A stretch of DNA of 63,733 bases, the filler included, from Klebsormidium nitens (taxonomy: Eukaryota; Plantae; Klebsormidiophyceae): the NCBI GenBank assembly GCA_000708835.1. It is 7 parts of 7 records of this genome, joined end to end, with 100 filler letters (N's around TTAATTAATTAA, not from the genome) between each part and the next. Parts side by side here need not be neighbours in the genome. Positions count along the whole stretch, not along the records: positions 1 to 25,764 come from DF237833.1; 6 more parts are not named here. One strand, given 5' to 3'. The translations under genes were made by a program, and so were the position numbers. Positions 1 to 12,137 of the stretch are shown piece by piece (the first letter of the stretch is position 1; each line of letters starts with the position of its first letter). The notes below the pieces were generated by a model that searched no databases, was not told where the DNA came from, and saw only the letters and a list, made by a program, of their open reading frames with translations.

Positions 1-390
1 CCAACAACATGCTCTATCTGCTGAGGGTTGTCTTCGGTGGGTCTTTTGATGAACGAACATTCACGCCATACACGTACGGACCGAAAATCGCATATGACGT
101 CCACTGAACAGCTTTTGCCTAGCTTCCTTTCAGACCTATGCAAATTAAATCTGGGTGATGTTTACAAATGCAAATAAAAGAATCCAATCATTCCACGCCA
201 GCTCAACCCTTACACTGCCCACGATTCGACCTGCTCTTATCACTACCGGATCACCGTCTTTCCCTCAACTGTTGTGGCCTCATATCACCAATGACAGCTC
301 GCCCCTACACCATATCCCAACAACTCACTCTCGTATCACCGCTGCACCCTCGTATCGTAGATTTGCATCGAACTCTACAAACTCGGAATA

Positions 391-3300
391 TTATGATTGG
401 GCCACGTATAAAAGCAACCTGTGACTGAGTGACGATCTTTCAATCAGGACTGGGGCGCGTAACACTGCTTTCCAGTCAATGCCGATTCCGCGCTGAACTT
501 CGTCTTCCGCCCGCGCTTCTCCCCTTAAGCTGACACGGCGTATCCGCTCTCGGGCGCGCGCACCTCCTTCCACGGCTCGAGCAGCGTCAACAAGGACGGT
601 CGCGCCCGTCACACAGATCGTGAGGCCCAGGCAGTTCGCCACGTACAGCTCCTTGGCATGGTATCCAAACGTCCCGTAGTCCTGCAGGAACGTGACCTTC
701 TCCAATATCCCGAGCGACGCGGTCGCCAGCCCGAGGACGTACAGGAACGTCCCCACGAACGCGTGGTAGGGCACGACGCTCCGCCGGGCGGGGGGGGCCG
801 CGGTCGGGAGCACGAACGCGAGGAGGCCGCCGAGCCACTGCACGGGGGGCGGAGCGGAGTGAATAAGACTTCAGCTTAGGTAAAGTAAGCCAAGCAGCCT
901 AAGACGGGTGAACTTAGTTTGGGGGTAGGGAAGGTACGGGTGCGGAGCGGGGCTTTTGAGGGTTAGGTTCTTAGTGATTGGCTAGGGACTTACTATACCT
1001 AGAGCAGACAATACCTCAATTGAAGAAACATGCGGAGCCTAAGCCCGGGATGTTAGACCCGCGCGTTTGGTCGAAGCTGAGGAGGGCGAGGCGACCGGGC
1101 CCCACGAACGGCTGATGATGAAAGAGGGGTACTGGAGTGTCGTCCCCGGTGATGATTCGGGGGGCATTCGACTCCAAAAAGAGAGCGAGAGCGGCCAATG
1201 AGAGGCGGCAGCCAAGCGGGGGGCGGGTCGGGACATTGTGAATCAGTACATTCGAAGGTTTGTTTTGGTCGATCTGGCAGTCAACCTTGTTCCATGTCTG
1301 CTTTGAACCATCTCGAATGGCAGCCGAATCGTCTGAAAACCAGCTGCTCAAATCTCAGACCCTTTCGATACGCTTGACCTTCAGGAGAGCGAAAAACAGA
1401 GCAGCCATGCAAGTTTTTGATGTGGGTCACGCCAGTCGCGCGTCACGGAACTGCCGACCTTCAAACATTCTGGAGGTCGACCGCCTGACCGTTTGCCACG
1501 TGTACAAACTATCAGGTCGCGTGTGGATCTTTCATTCATCACTTGTGCCCCTCTGAGGTGTACGTCGGATTGCCCGCAGACTTTCCAAACTCGGACTGGG
1601 CGGGCCATTTCGTTCGAGGCTCTTTGCGTAGGTGAAAATACCAATACAAAGTCGGTACCCGTGCCTGAAGCTTTGTTCCTAGCTCAAACCCTGGCTGAAA
1701 GAAAGCGTGATTCGTTGTGTTTTGGAATGGCCAGCGGAAAATGGTTTGCTTATGAATACGAGCACATCCGCACGTGCGAAATACCTCAGCGCCAGTGGGG
1801 CTGCTACGAAAGTGAGAGTTGCGGGTCGCTACCTGCGCGAGGACGAGGCCGTATGTGACGATGCCCATCCAGGAGTGGAGGCTGTACACCTTGGGAGCCG
1901 GGGGGTCGTTCAGGCCGCCGTACCGGAATACTGCCGCAATGCCGACCGCACCGATGAGGATGGCCGCGAACTGGATGCCCGAGTGGATCAGTTTCACCAC
2001 CGCCCGAGGCCCGGGGATGACCTTGAAGGCGACCGCGCCTGCGCCGGGGGGCACACAGGGATGACAGTGTGTAGTGTTACTTTTGTGTGAGTAGTGGGAG
2101 AATGCAGTCCATTGGGAAGGGTAAGAGAGTCGGGAACCCTTATGCATTATTGAATCAAATGAGAAGAGATGCGATTAGGGAAGATCGAACCCGTGGCAGA
2201 CTAGTACTCCGGGTCAAACCTCCGTCAAACCGGAATAGAAGGTGTTGAATGAGCTTGGGGGGAAATTTCGTCCAGATGGAAAAGCACAAGCCCACAAATG
2301 CACTAAGTGGAACTCTACTATACTCTCTCAAAAGACTTACTGAGCATCTGAGGACAATTTACTGGCTTGAAGCTGCGCTTTAAAGTGAGCCCATTACATG
2401 GTTTAGATGAGCAGGTCACTGAGTAGTGTCCTGATGTGCTTACTTTTCTAAAGCTTCCCGGAACGCCCGCGAATATTACATGGACGATGCAAACCGCGCA
2501 GAAACAGTTACAGAGGGCCAAAGGTTCCAGAGGGCCAAAGGTGAACCTGAGACTTTTCGACGTACCTTTGCTAGCCAGGACGACAAAAGCGGTGACCATC
2601 AGGATGGGGTGCAGCTGCGACAGAGAAGAGGGGTCGCAGATAAGCTGATGTTCGCCAGGTAGTAGAAAGAGGAATAATTGACCCTGGCAGAGGCCAATTT
2701 TCAGCCAAACAGCGGGAAATAGCACAGCAAAAGGAAGAGAAATGCAAGCTAAGTAGTGGATTTGAGCTCAAGTGACGCTAGTAGTCAGGCTGCTTACAAA
2801 CTCGTTTCACTAACGATATGCAATCATGTCATTATAAACATAAAGCTGATCATCTGCTGATCATCTCCCATTTTCCTGACGGTTTCTAAAGAACATGCTC
2901 TTATGCATAATGCACACCCGTCTGACCACCAGCTCTGAGTGTGGCTCTTTTTGAACTTGAGCTAGTTGGCACAAAAGACCAAGCAGAAAACTCTTCTAAT
3001 CCACTTGCGGTCTTTTTTCGTTGGTCCCCTTCTGATGCGAAACCATAGATCCCTGGCGTGAATAGGTGTATCATTATGCAGCTAGCCTAGAGGCAAAAGT
3101 TTGGGCTGTGTGGATCTCTAATCACCTTGTGCTTAGCTGAATGTAATTGTGTTTGCCTGCTGGCAGTGGCATGCCGGTTAGTCCGAGGTGGATTTATATT
3201 GACATTGGAGACTCAAATCACTCTAAGAGATCGGCCCCCATTCCTCCAAGTCATGTGTTTGGTAACTTCAGCTAGTATTACGGCAAGCAAAGCCTCTGGA

Positions 3301-3850
3301 TGCAGACCATAATATGAAACAATGTGCTGCCAATCAGTTATGTGTGCAGTGACAATCATAAGCGACACAGGTCACTGAGCCCAAGGCTCAGATCCAATTG
3401 GAACCAGGTGCCGCTGTATCACATCTTGTGCCAGATATGCAAGCGCACCGGTGTCTCTGAGATGAACCAGATGCAAGGCTGATGATCAATCCTAAAACGT
3501 CCGACCCGTTTTCAAACTCCTTCCGCATCGTCACAATTCATAATGGACCTCTCTTGTAATCAACATCCCCTCCGCAGAAAATCTGCATCATACATATGTA
3601 TTATGTAGGCATCTACTGAGTTATCACAAGGCCCCAAGTCAGCTCCCCCCTAACTCACGTTGAAAACCTTTTCGACGTCGTCCCCCTGGCTCCACGAGGC
3701 GCCCCCCCGGAAGTGCAACGTCCACACCATGACCAGCGTGAATGCAGCGAGGGCCGACACGTGCACCGCAAATCTTGTCACAATGCTTGAGAGCGCGCCG
3801 TCTGTGGCGGCCGGGGAAGGCACACTGTACTGAGCCTGTTCTGACTTCAT
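391..3850 (-). CDS. CYB561: Cytochrome b561 (ascorbate-dependent transmembrane oxidoreductase), 4 exons
   Basis: Exons 3850-3659, 2614-2566, 2038-1833 and 837-391 have GT-AG boundaries in consistent phase. All four heme-ligand His contexts are present: FNLHPILM, KLIHSG, YSLHSWMG, PYHAFVG. The C-terminal tail after the last TM helix is less certain. Confidence 0.9.
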
Positions 3851-4396
3851 GACTGCCGAACACTTCTGTCTAGTTGCGGCACGGACGTGCAATTGAAGCC
3901 GCGCACGGTTGAAGGAGACGAGTTGAGAGGCTCTGAGCTGAGCTTGCTGGCACTGAGAAGAAAGAGACTGCACGGTGACAGGGATGGGCAGGAGAGATGA
4001 TGCAGAGTTGGCGTTCAAGGACCAATACTAGCACGGTAATAGAATGACGAGAATGGGGCGCCGACAGTAGTATGCGGTGATAATTTGGCAAGATTGGCCA
4101 CCGTGCTTCTGATAGGTACATGCCAATTTGCTGAGCACCTGGATATCAGCTGTGGTGGTGTTTAGTATGCTTTCCTCGGTACCGTATTTGACCATGCAGA
4201 CATCAAAGGTTGTACTATTCGCCAGTCTGAGATGCGCCGTGTTGATGAGATGTCGATGATGTCAAGAATCCGAACAGCTTGGTACCAGCTAAGTGCATAT
4301 TAGTACACACCCTATTGCGTGTAGCTGCGTACAGGTTCAAAGTTGCTACCACTAGGTACTGACGTACTGCTGAGCGTACTTCCAGAACGTACGCCT

Positions 4397-4447
4397 GTAC
4401 GGTATACCGGTATACCGGTACTAGGTACCTATACCGGTATACCGTAC
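4397..4447. repeat. Perfect 18-bp inverted repeat (GTACGGTATACCGGTATA / TATACCGGTATACCGTAC) with a 15-nt spacer, in a GTAC-rich patch
   Basis: Read directly: arms at 4397-4414 and 4430-4447. Each arm contains the 12-bp palindrome TATACCGGTATA. Confidence 0.85.
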
Positions 4448-4829
4448 CTCTAGAGGTATCCGGATTCCGGAACCTCCGCACTGGGAAACCCTGCTCCACA
4501 CTCCGCTGCTTGGGGGCTGCTTGTTAAACTTGTGCAGTGTGTACCAGTGCTGAGTGGAGCTAAAACACCGTACGGCGTACGCGCGTCAGCCTGTCAGGTG
4601 AAACCTGAAGGTTGCCGTTAAAGTACTGACGACCGCACCGGAGTCAGGCACTCAGGAGTCAGGAGTCAGGACGCTATTCAGTCACTACCTACCGGTATGC
4701 GAATTTTGTGTACGGCTAGCCAATGGCAGCCTGTAGGTCCGCCGGCCCGTTCCGGCTGTAGCAAGAAACGTCAACGCAGGTCAACGGCGCTGACCGTCAC
4801 CCCGGTAACACCCGCTGTAGGTAGCTCAT

Positions 4830-5750
4830 TTCGTTTTGACATTTTGACTGGCCATTCCGGAATCCGGCCATCGCTCAATGTGCACCGTGCTGCACACTGC
4901 ATGTCATGCGATGCGGCCGGATGGTGAGTCAAGCTAGTGCGGATTTTGTTACTAATACCGTACCTTTTGACTTTTTGACAGGCCAATGATTCCCGGCCAG
5001 TGTTCGACACGAGCCGTCACACCAGGCAAACGTCGGAATTGCCTCTCGGCCGACTGAACCGAGGGGCGTCGGCCGAAGAGCCGCGGCAGAACCGGGGTTC
5101 TTCTGAGGTGTTTGGGTGAGAGAAGCCAACCGGTTCAAGTCTCCAGCCGACTGACCGGAGAACTGTCGGCCTGGGAGCCGACGAAATCAAATTCCGTGTC
5201 GAACGCTGTTCCCGGCCATTGTCAGTCAGATTTCCCTCCCTGTGATGCAAGCTACGGTAGGTACGGTAGTAGGAGTCTGTACTGAGTACTCTGTAGGTCC
5301 TAGAACGAGGTACGTACATACTACACTAAAATACTGTCTCCGGTCGACCTGTCAGAGAAAAAAACTCGCACGTGGCGTGAGTCTGTGCACACTGTGCAGT
5401 GTGCACTGTGACGTGCTTCCACCCGGCTTTGCGTGCCGCGCCGGATCCTCGCCGGATGCGAGTCAAGTGCGGGATCTTTGACTTACCTTTTGAAGTTTCG
5501 ACTGGCCGTTCCCGCCGCCCGGCCATTACCTAATTGTCAGTCAGGAGTCAGGACTCAAATTCCCCCTGTGAAGTGCTTCCACCGGCCTATCGTGCCGCGC
5601 TGGCTGCCGCGCCGGAAGGCGACACAACTGCGGGAATCGGGATCTTAAGTTGACTTGCCTTTTGACTTTTTGACTGTCCCTTCCCTCGTTTCCGGCCTTT
5701 GTCAGTCAGATTTCTGTGTGAAGCGCTTTCACCGGCCTGTCATGCACGGT
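4830..5750 (+). repeat. Degenerate repeat cluster, unit about 150-160 bp in the tandem part
   Basis: TGTGA(A/C)G(T/C)GCTT(C/T)CACC..GC recurs at about 5407, 5567 and 5717. CCTTTTGA(C/A)(T/G)TTT(T/C)GAC-type motifs recur at about 4835, 4963, 5487 and 5657. TGTCAGTCAG recurs at about 5220, 5535 and 5700. Confidence 0.65.
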
Positions 5751-5850
5751 TGCTGCTGAAAGTTGCTGGTCTCCTGATTGCGTGCCACTGACGTCGACCC
5801 AAGTTCGTGCACGTACTGCGTACTACGTAGCACAACTACCGTAGTACGTT

Positions 5851-6052
5851 GGCACGACCTTTTCACACCGAAAATATTTTTTTTGGCTCTGTGTGAACAA
5901 TTTGCGAACTTGTTGGCATGGAAGATTGAGGAGCCTGGTTAAGGCTTGCTTTAGCCGCTAACAGGGGCTATAACTAGGGGTTAGCCGGTTTGTGTGAAAC
6001 TTAAAAAGGGAAAAACTAATTGCAAAGCGGGGTGGTGTGAAAAGGTCGTGCC
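5851..6052. mobile_element. MITE-like element, 202 bp, perfect 19-bp terminal inverted repeats
   Basis: GGCACGACCTTTTCACACC at 5851-5869 and its exact reverse complement at 6034-6052, with an AT-rich non-coding interior. No clear TSD. Confidence 0.65.
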
Positions 6053-6649
6053 TCAAGGGCGGGTCTCCGAGTCTCACTGTAATGGCAGACCACCTTGAAC
6101 ACAAGTCACGTACCGTAGTACATAAGTGTAGCAGCCTACAAACGCACCGCGCATTATACAGTGAGTTGGACTTGAAGGTGAGCAAGTCTCGATGGCCGCC
6201 TGCAAAACAGTCCGGCTATATATGGTAGTCAGAGTTAGTTGTCTAAGTTCGAAAGTTCACATGGCCACAGACTCGGCTAACCTATAAGTCATCTAAGTAG
6301 CTTCCCTTTAAATCTAAAACTGGCAGTTTGCTTGAATAGAGCTGTATCTTGGAACCAAAGTCAACTTGTCTGAGGTCGATCTGCTCGTTTATATACAAGC
6401 GGATCCGAATTTTCTCAGCAGATCTTGATATTGAGCCGTGGAGTCAACTCATCTTTGGAGCGTCTGTAAGATCCCCGCAAGAGCGAAAATCAACAAGATC
6501 AAGTGGAGGTTATACCAAGTGGCATGTAACAGACTTTACCTGTGAGGTATGCAAGTATTCAAAAAGCATAGAAGCGGTCTTGTTAGGAGCCCGCTTGGCT
6601 ACTAGATAAAGCCTGCCGGGTCCACTTTGTTGCCTTCTACATTGAGACG

Positions 6650-9600
6650 TTGATGGATTCCTCTTTAGACCTGCAGCCTGAGGCGGACGAGAGCCATGAA
6701 GCAGTTGTGTCCCCATTCGCTCACAGTAATCACCAGGAAACCCGGAACCCCACAGAGGAGGTGTTCAGGGATGGACCATCAAACTACCCCATGCACACTG
6801 CCTTTACAAACGTTGAGTCTTCCCAGACCCAAAGCCATCACTCCTTACAAGAAAGTACTAACGGAGATGAGGAGGCTGGGAGTAGACCGACCGTCCACAG
6901 AGAGGGTTTAGAACTTGTCAGCCTGGCGGCGCCAATCGTGGGGATGAACCTGGTGCAAATGCTCCTGGTGCTGTCGTCGGCGGCGTTTGTGGGTCACCTG
7001 GGAAGGGTGGAGCTGGCAAGCTGCCAGCTGGCAACGACGCTGGCAAACGCAACCGGACATCTGCTGCTGGTGAGCGGGGAATCCTCAATTCACACCAAAA
7101 GAAGACTTCTAAAGGATTTTACAGAACAATTTGTTGAAGTCGATTGCATCTCTTGAGATAAGCTTGATTCTTCAAGGAACTCCTTGGGAGCGAGTCCATG
7201 GTTTCGTCAAAGCTGCTAAAAACCCAGCGGCAACACGAATCAGCGCTGAAAATCTCAGCAGGGGAGTTGTCAAGCGTTTTCCAGCGCCTTTTTCTAATCA
7301 TCAGTTTTGCGCAGAGACATTTTACATGGTCAGACTTGTGACTCGTGAAACAGTTGCGAGTCAGAAGAGAAGCACTGTTCCCACTTTCTTCTTTGTCATT
7401 TTGATGCTGCTATTGCTTGAAGGCCGAGATTGTGTGGCTCCTCGCTTGGGGCACCTGCCCGTAAGCCTGCTTTTCTTCAGGCTCCAAGACATCCCCTCAG
7501 GTATCCAAAGGGTTTCAAAGGCTTCTTCATCACCCGCCAATCATAACGTCTTTCTTTTTCACTAACAGACGGTCTCAGGTCTAAATCCGTATGTCAAATT
7601 CGCAAGTCGCTGTCACTTTTTCCTTCAAGAAGGAACGATCGGACCCTTTCAATACTGAACCTTAAGCTCCACAAAGGTCGGCCCACCTTCGGCCTCCAAA
7701 CCCTGGTGGCTTCTAGGTTGCGCCGTAGAATCCCCGCCATCATCACATCCTTTTATCAGTACAATCTTTAATCTGAATGCCCTGAATCAAACCAGCTTCG
7801 AACTTGGCGAAACGGCCTCACCCTCGGTTCTTGGATCCTGCGAACAAGTGTTTCTTGACGTTACCTTTATGCTAACGGACTCAAAACTCTCCAAACACTG
7901 CAGATTGGCCTCACTCTCGGATTCGAAACCCTGGGCGGCCGTGCGGCGGGGGCAGGACAGCTGGCAGAGCTTGCGCACATGACGCTCTGCTGCACGCTGC
8001 TCCTCACGGTTCTCGCCGGACTGATCGCCGCCGTCTGGAGCCAGTTCGCGGGTATTCTGTTACTACTCGGGCAGGACAGGGAGCTCTCGGTACGGACCGC
8101 CCGGTACATGCTTCTCCTCATCCCCAGCCTGTTTGCACACGCGTGGTACGCACCGCTCGTGACGTTCCTCCAGTCGCAGGGCGCCACGAGAGCGCTCGGG
8201 TGGGCCTCTGGGGCCACGCTCCTGGTGCACGTGCCCTGCACCTGGTGCGTTCCGGAAGCCGCCCCCTTCTAGTTCTCTTCTTCGCTCGGCCGGAGTCTTG
8301 CTGATTCTTCTACTCTTGTTGCTTGGCACCAGATTTGATGACGGGTTGTGGGTTCGCCCGATCATCGCCGTCCCCGCTCCGTCAAACTTGTTTTGCCGAG
8401 CGCTCTGGGACGCCGTTCCGCAAGAAAACTCAGTTGGCGACATTTTGCCCGCTCAGCTTCATGTTGGCACTCTGTTGCCCCACAAGGTAGGAAGCTATGA
8501 TGTTGTCTGCCAGAGAGGGCTGTACGTCCATACTTCTTCTTCGCCGCAAAGCCATGTCTGCACATTCTTTCTTGGAGGCTCTTACCGCAAGCACTCTTCG
8601 ATGCTGACCTCTGTGATGGCGGAGACAGAAGTTACAAAAGAAAGCGTGCCGCGTGGTAAATTTGGCGGGACTCTGAAAGAGCGAACCACCTACTACGGGT
8701 TACGTTGTCAAGTCGAGTGGCTTAACTCATTTCAGTATCTCATCGGAAATAAACCCGCAAGTAGCCAGGGCCCGGGTTTGGTTAACGTCTGGTATACAAA
8801 AGGTGGGCACTTTACCGCCCATGGTTAAGAGCACAAAGCTCCTGTGTCTGTGTGCAAAAAGCACGATCTGCTCAGAGCTTCCAGTGCCAAAGGACTCCAC
8901 GTCCCGGCTCCGTGCCGATGACCCGTGCCAGGCTCTTCGTCTGACACGTGTAGCAATCCTGTCCGCAGGTTCTTCATTTACTACCTGGGCTGGAAGTCGG
9001 ACGGCGCCGCTCTCGCCACCAGTGTCTCCTACTTCGTGATGCTCGTCCTGTTGGCGGGCCACGTGTACGGATCCAAACAGTACAGGGCCTTCCGACCCAC
9101 ATTTACCATGAAAAAGACGTTCCGGCACCTGTGGCCCCTCGTCAAGCTGGGGCTGCCGTCCTCCATCATGCTCTGGTAAGCCGTTGGTGAGGAGTCCAAC
9201 AGAGTCTCTTGGCCGTAGAACCCTGTGATCACACCAGCGGGGGCGGATGTAGAAACTTAGGAAGTCGATCCGGATGCCACGCTTCGAATCGCAGGGGAGT
9301 CCCGAAGAGGGAATCGGATGGCAAATGCCGGTCACAATTGTTGATGCGCGTTATGCGTCACCCACGTTCGCAGCGCGCAACTCACGGGCATCAGATCTGT
9401 GTCAGGATCTCCTCTGCCAATCTTCAACTCCCGACTCCAGCATATTCTGATTCTGGTGGTTTGCAATCTGGTATGCGGTCGATCTTCGGAGTTACCGCGG
9501 AGCACGTCCCCGTCTGGTTAGGACGTCAGATAGAGCTGGTAATAGGGCTCGTAAACATGTTTGTTTACTTTCCACGTTAGTCTCATTCGGCGGCCCCAGT

Positions 9601-12137
9601 GCAAGCCCCGACACGTGTCCTTTCAAACGTCCAGGTTGTTGGTTTCTTTTGCTCCGGCCCAGGGTCGAACAACCTTGTCCAACTCACCCCATGTGTCGCG
9701 CAGTTTTGAGTACTGGGCATTCGACGTACTGTACATTCTGTGCGGACTGCTGGACGATCCGTACGTCCACGTGTCCGCCCTAGCCGTCGCGTGAGTTTCT
9801 ACTGCCTTACACCTCATTCCGTTACATCAGAGCCTGCTGCTTGAAACTGTACAGATTCTGGGAGTGACTGTTCAACCGGTGGGCGCATAGGAACACAAAT
9901 GCTGAAGAAAGGGAAGGATCGAATGAAATGCACGATCCACCATGTAAGCCTTAAGGCCGTACAGAACCTCTGTGATCAGGCGTCCCGCCTTAACGGAGTA
10001 TCTCCCACATCAGAAGTTTTTCGGCTCCCTCGAATTGGCCATTTTCAGAGGCCAAATTAGAGGCTTGTTAATTCTGCTTCATGAAAGTATTCCTTTCCTT
10101 TTGCAGCATGAACACGTTGTGGCTCCCGTCGATGACGTTCGTTGGTTTGGGTGCTGCTCTGTGGTAAGAAGGAAATTTTCTTCTTTAACCTGAATTCTCC
10201 TTTCACATTATCTCATTATCTCTGGTTGGACCTCAAGAGCTCTAGGTCGAGCTTTAGCTACTAAACCAGGCGCACGGGCGTAATTGACGATAAGCTTGGT
10301 GCAGATTCACCATATGCAATGCGCAGAACTCGGAGCTTCCCTATTTCGTGGCTGGGGAGTATGTTTATGATGGCGCGTAGCCCAATTGGAATGCTGCTAC
10401 AAGCCTTACGAGTACCTATCACCCGTGGAAAACCATTACTGTGGCTCCTCGAGACTGAGAGACTTATAAGCCTCCGGTGACACGAAAAGCAGCCATCATC
10501 CAAGTCGAGCAGGACCGCTTCTTCAACGACTCCTTTTTTGCGAGCACCTAGGCCATAACATCATTCCCAAGCAAGGTTTCCGCAGAGGCGCGATCATCTA
10601 AGCCGCGTTCCGCCTTCTCGTAGCACACGTGTCGCAAGCGAGCTGGGCTCCGGAAACACTGCCCGCGCGCGCGGCGCCACGCGCGTCGGCCTCAAGATTG
10701 GCGCTGCGCTCGGCGCGGTCACGTGCGCGCTGGTGATGGCGACCCACCGCTGGGTGCCGCTTATCTTCGTGGCCGCCGCCGACGGGCCCCTGCTGCGGCT
10801 GTCCTCGCGCCTCATTCTGCTCGTCGCAGCAGTCGCGCTCGCGGACGCCATCGCGCAGACTGCGGGAGGTGAGAGCGCGCACGCGCGCGCACCTGCTCAT
10901 CTGTGCGGATAGAGATGCGGACCGGCGAACATGAACACTTCAAGTCTGCTGATCCCAAGCAAAGTGCATGCATCATTGTAGTGCACCTCCGACGCATCAA
11001 CAGTGATATTCCGGAACCCCGTTAAAAAGTTTGTCGTGTTGTTTACAGATTCCTCTGCACCTCTTTATTTTGCGCATTCAGCCAGTGAATGAGCTTTATT
11101 TACTCTGCCGCAGGGGCTTAGCTTCCACGTTTTCGGGTTCCCATTTCCCTACCGGTGAAACAGAGTTCCCGCTTCTTGCAGGCGTTATTCGCGGATGCGG
11201 GAGGCAGTCATTGGGTGCGGTCAGCACCTTCTGTAGCTACTACCTGATCGGACTCCCTACGTCAGCAATTCTGGCCTTCCCACTCAACCTCGGTGTCTGG
11301 GTAATTGATCCATCTACTTACGAGGGCTTTGAGACGCGTGATTCTTTACATTAAAAAGTCATATGGACTATTCTGGCCACGTGTGTCCATACCCCTGTTC
11401 GGATGCTGGTCAACCACGTGTCGTGGACGTATACGCTAATCCAAATTCCGAAAGTGGCAAACCGGAACCCAAGTGGGAATGGCTCGGAATGCCACTTTGA
11501 TCTACCCAAAACTCAGCAGAAGGTCTAACGGAAACTGAACTGGTATCGAAGCGGCTCTTCATGGCTAATCCTGCAGGGCCTGGTTGGTGGCCAGCTCCTT
11601 GGCGTCTTGTGCCAGGCCGTATTCTTGGGGACGACTGTGGCGGTCACAAATTGGGAACGTCAGGTGCGTGCACCTGAGTTTTATTGTCAAGACGTGCTCT
11701 TCGCGCTGTCGCTTCGGAGAATTGAGGTTCTTGACATCGCTTGAGGCACCGTCAGGGTCGTCCACTGAGTGCAGTTGTGTTTTATCGAAGGAAACGGCAA
11801 AGCCGAGTGGAAGTGCACTGAAAGTACACTGTTCCCCCTTGTTCGTAGTCTTCTGGTGTGAGCAACTGAAGCGAAGGCTGAAAGCCCGCGACAGGACAAT
11901 CGAAACTCATGCTCAAGCTAGTTTTAAGGTGATCTTTTCGGGTTAACGATCGGCCCGCTAGAAATGTCCAGGGCCTCACAATCGGGATGTCTCCTAAAAT
12001 TGTAGGCTATCAAGGCGTTGGATTCGGTATCAGAGATCGCCAACGGCGCCGTAGACGCCGTCCCGTGTTCATCGAGTGTGAGGGTATGTCGACGTGCCGC
12101 CGATGAGAGCAACGCGCCGGCGTCTTCCAACTCCTGA
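6650..12137 (+). CDS. MATE (multidrug and toxic compound extrusion) family transporter, 9 exons
   Basis: Exons 6650-7069, 7904-8244, 8969-9175, 9704-9790, 10107-10163, 10624-10868, 11182-11300, 11577-11663 and 12006-12137 join in frame. MATE motifs: FVGHLGRVELASCQLATTLANATG, GFETLGG, CFEYWAFD, TRVASELGSGN, GVIRGCGRQSLGA, TNWERQ/AIKA. Confidence 0.88.

Noticed and set aside
391-12137. Iron/vacuolar functional cluster of b561 and MATE
   Set aside because: Only divergent adjacency supports it. No shared regulatory motif or substrate evidence is visible.
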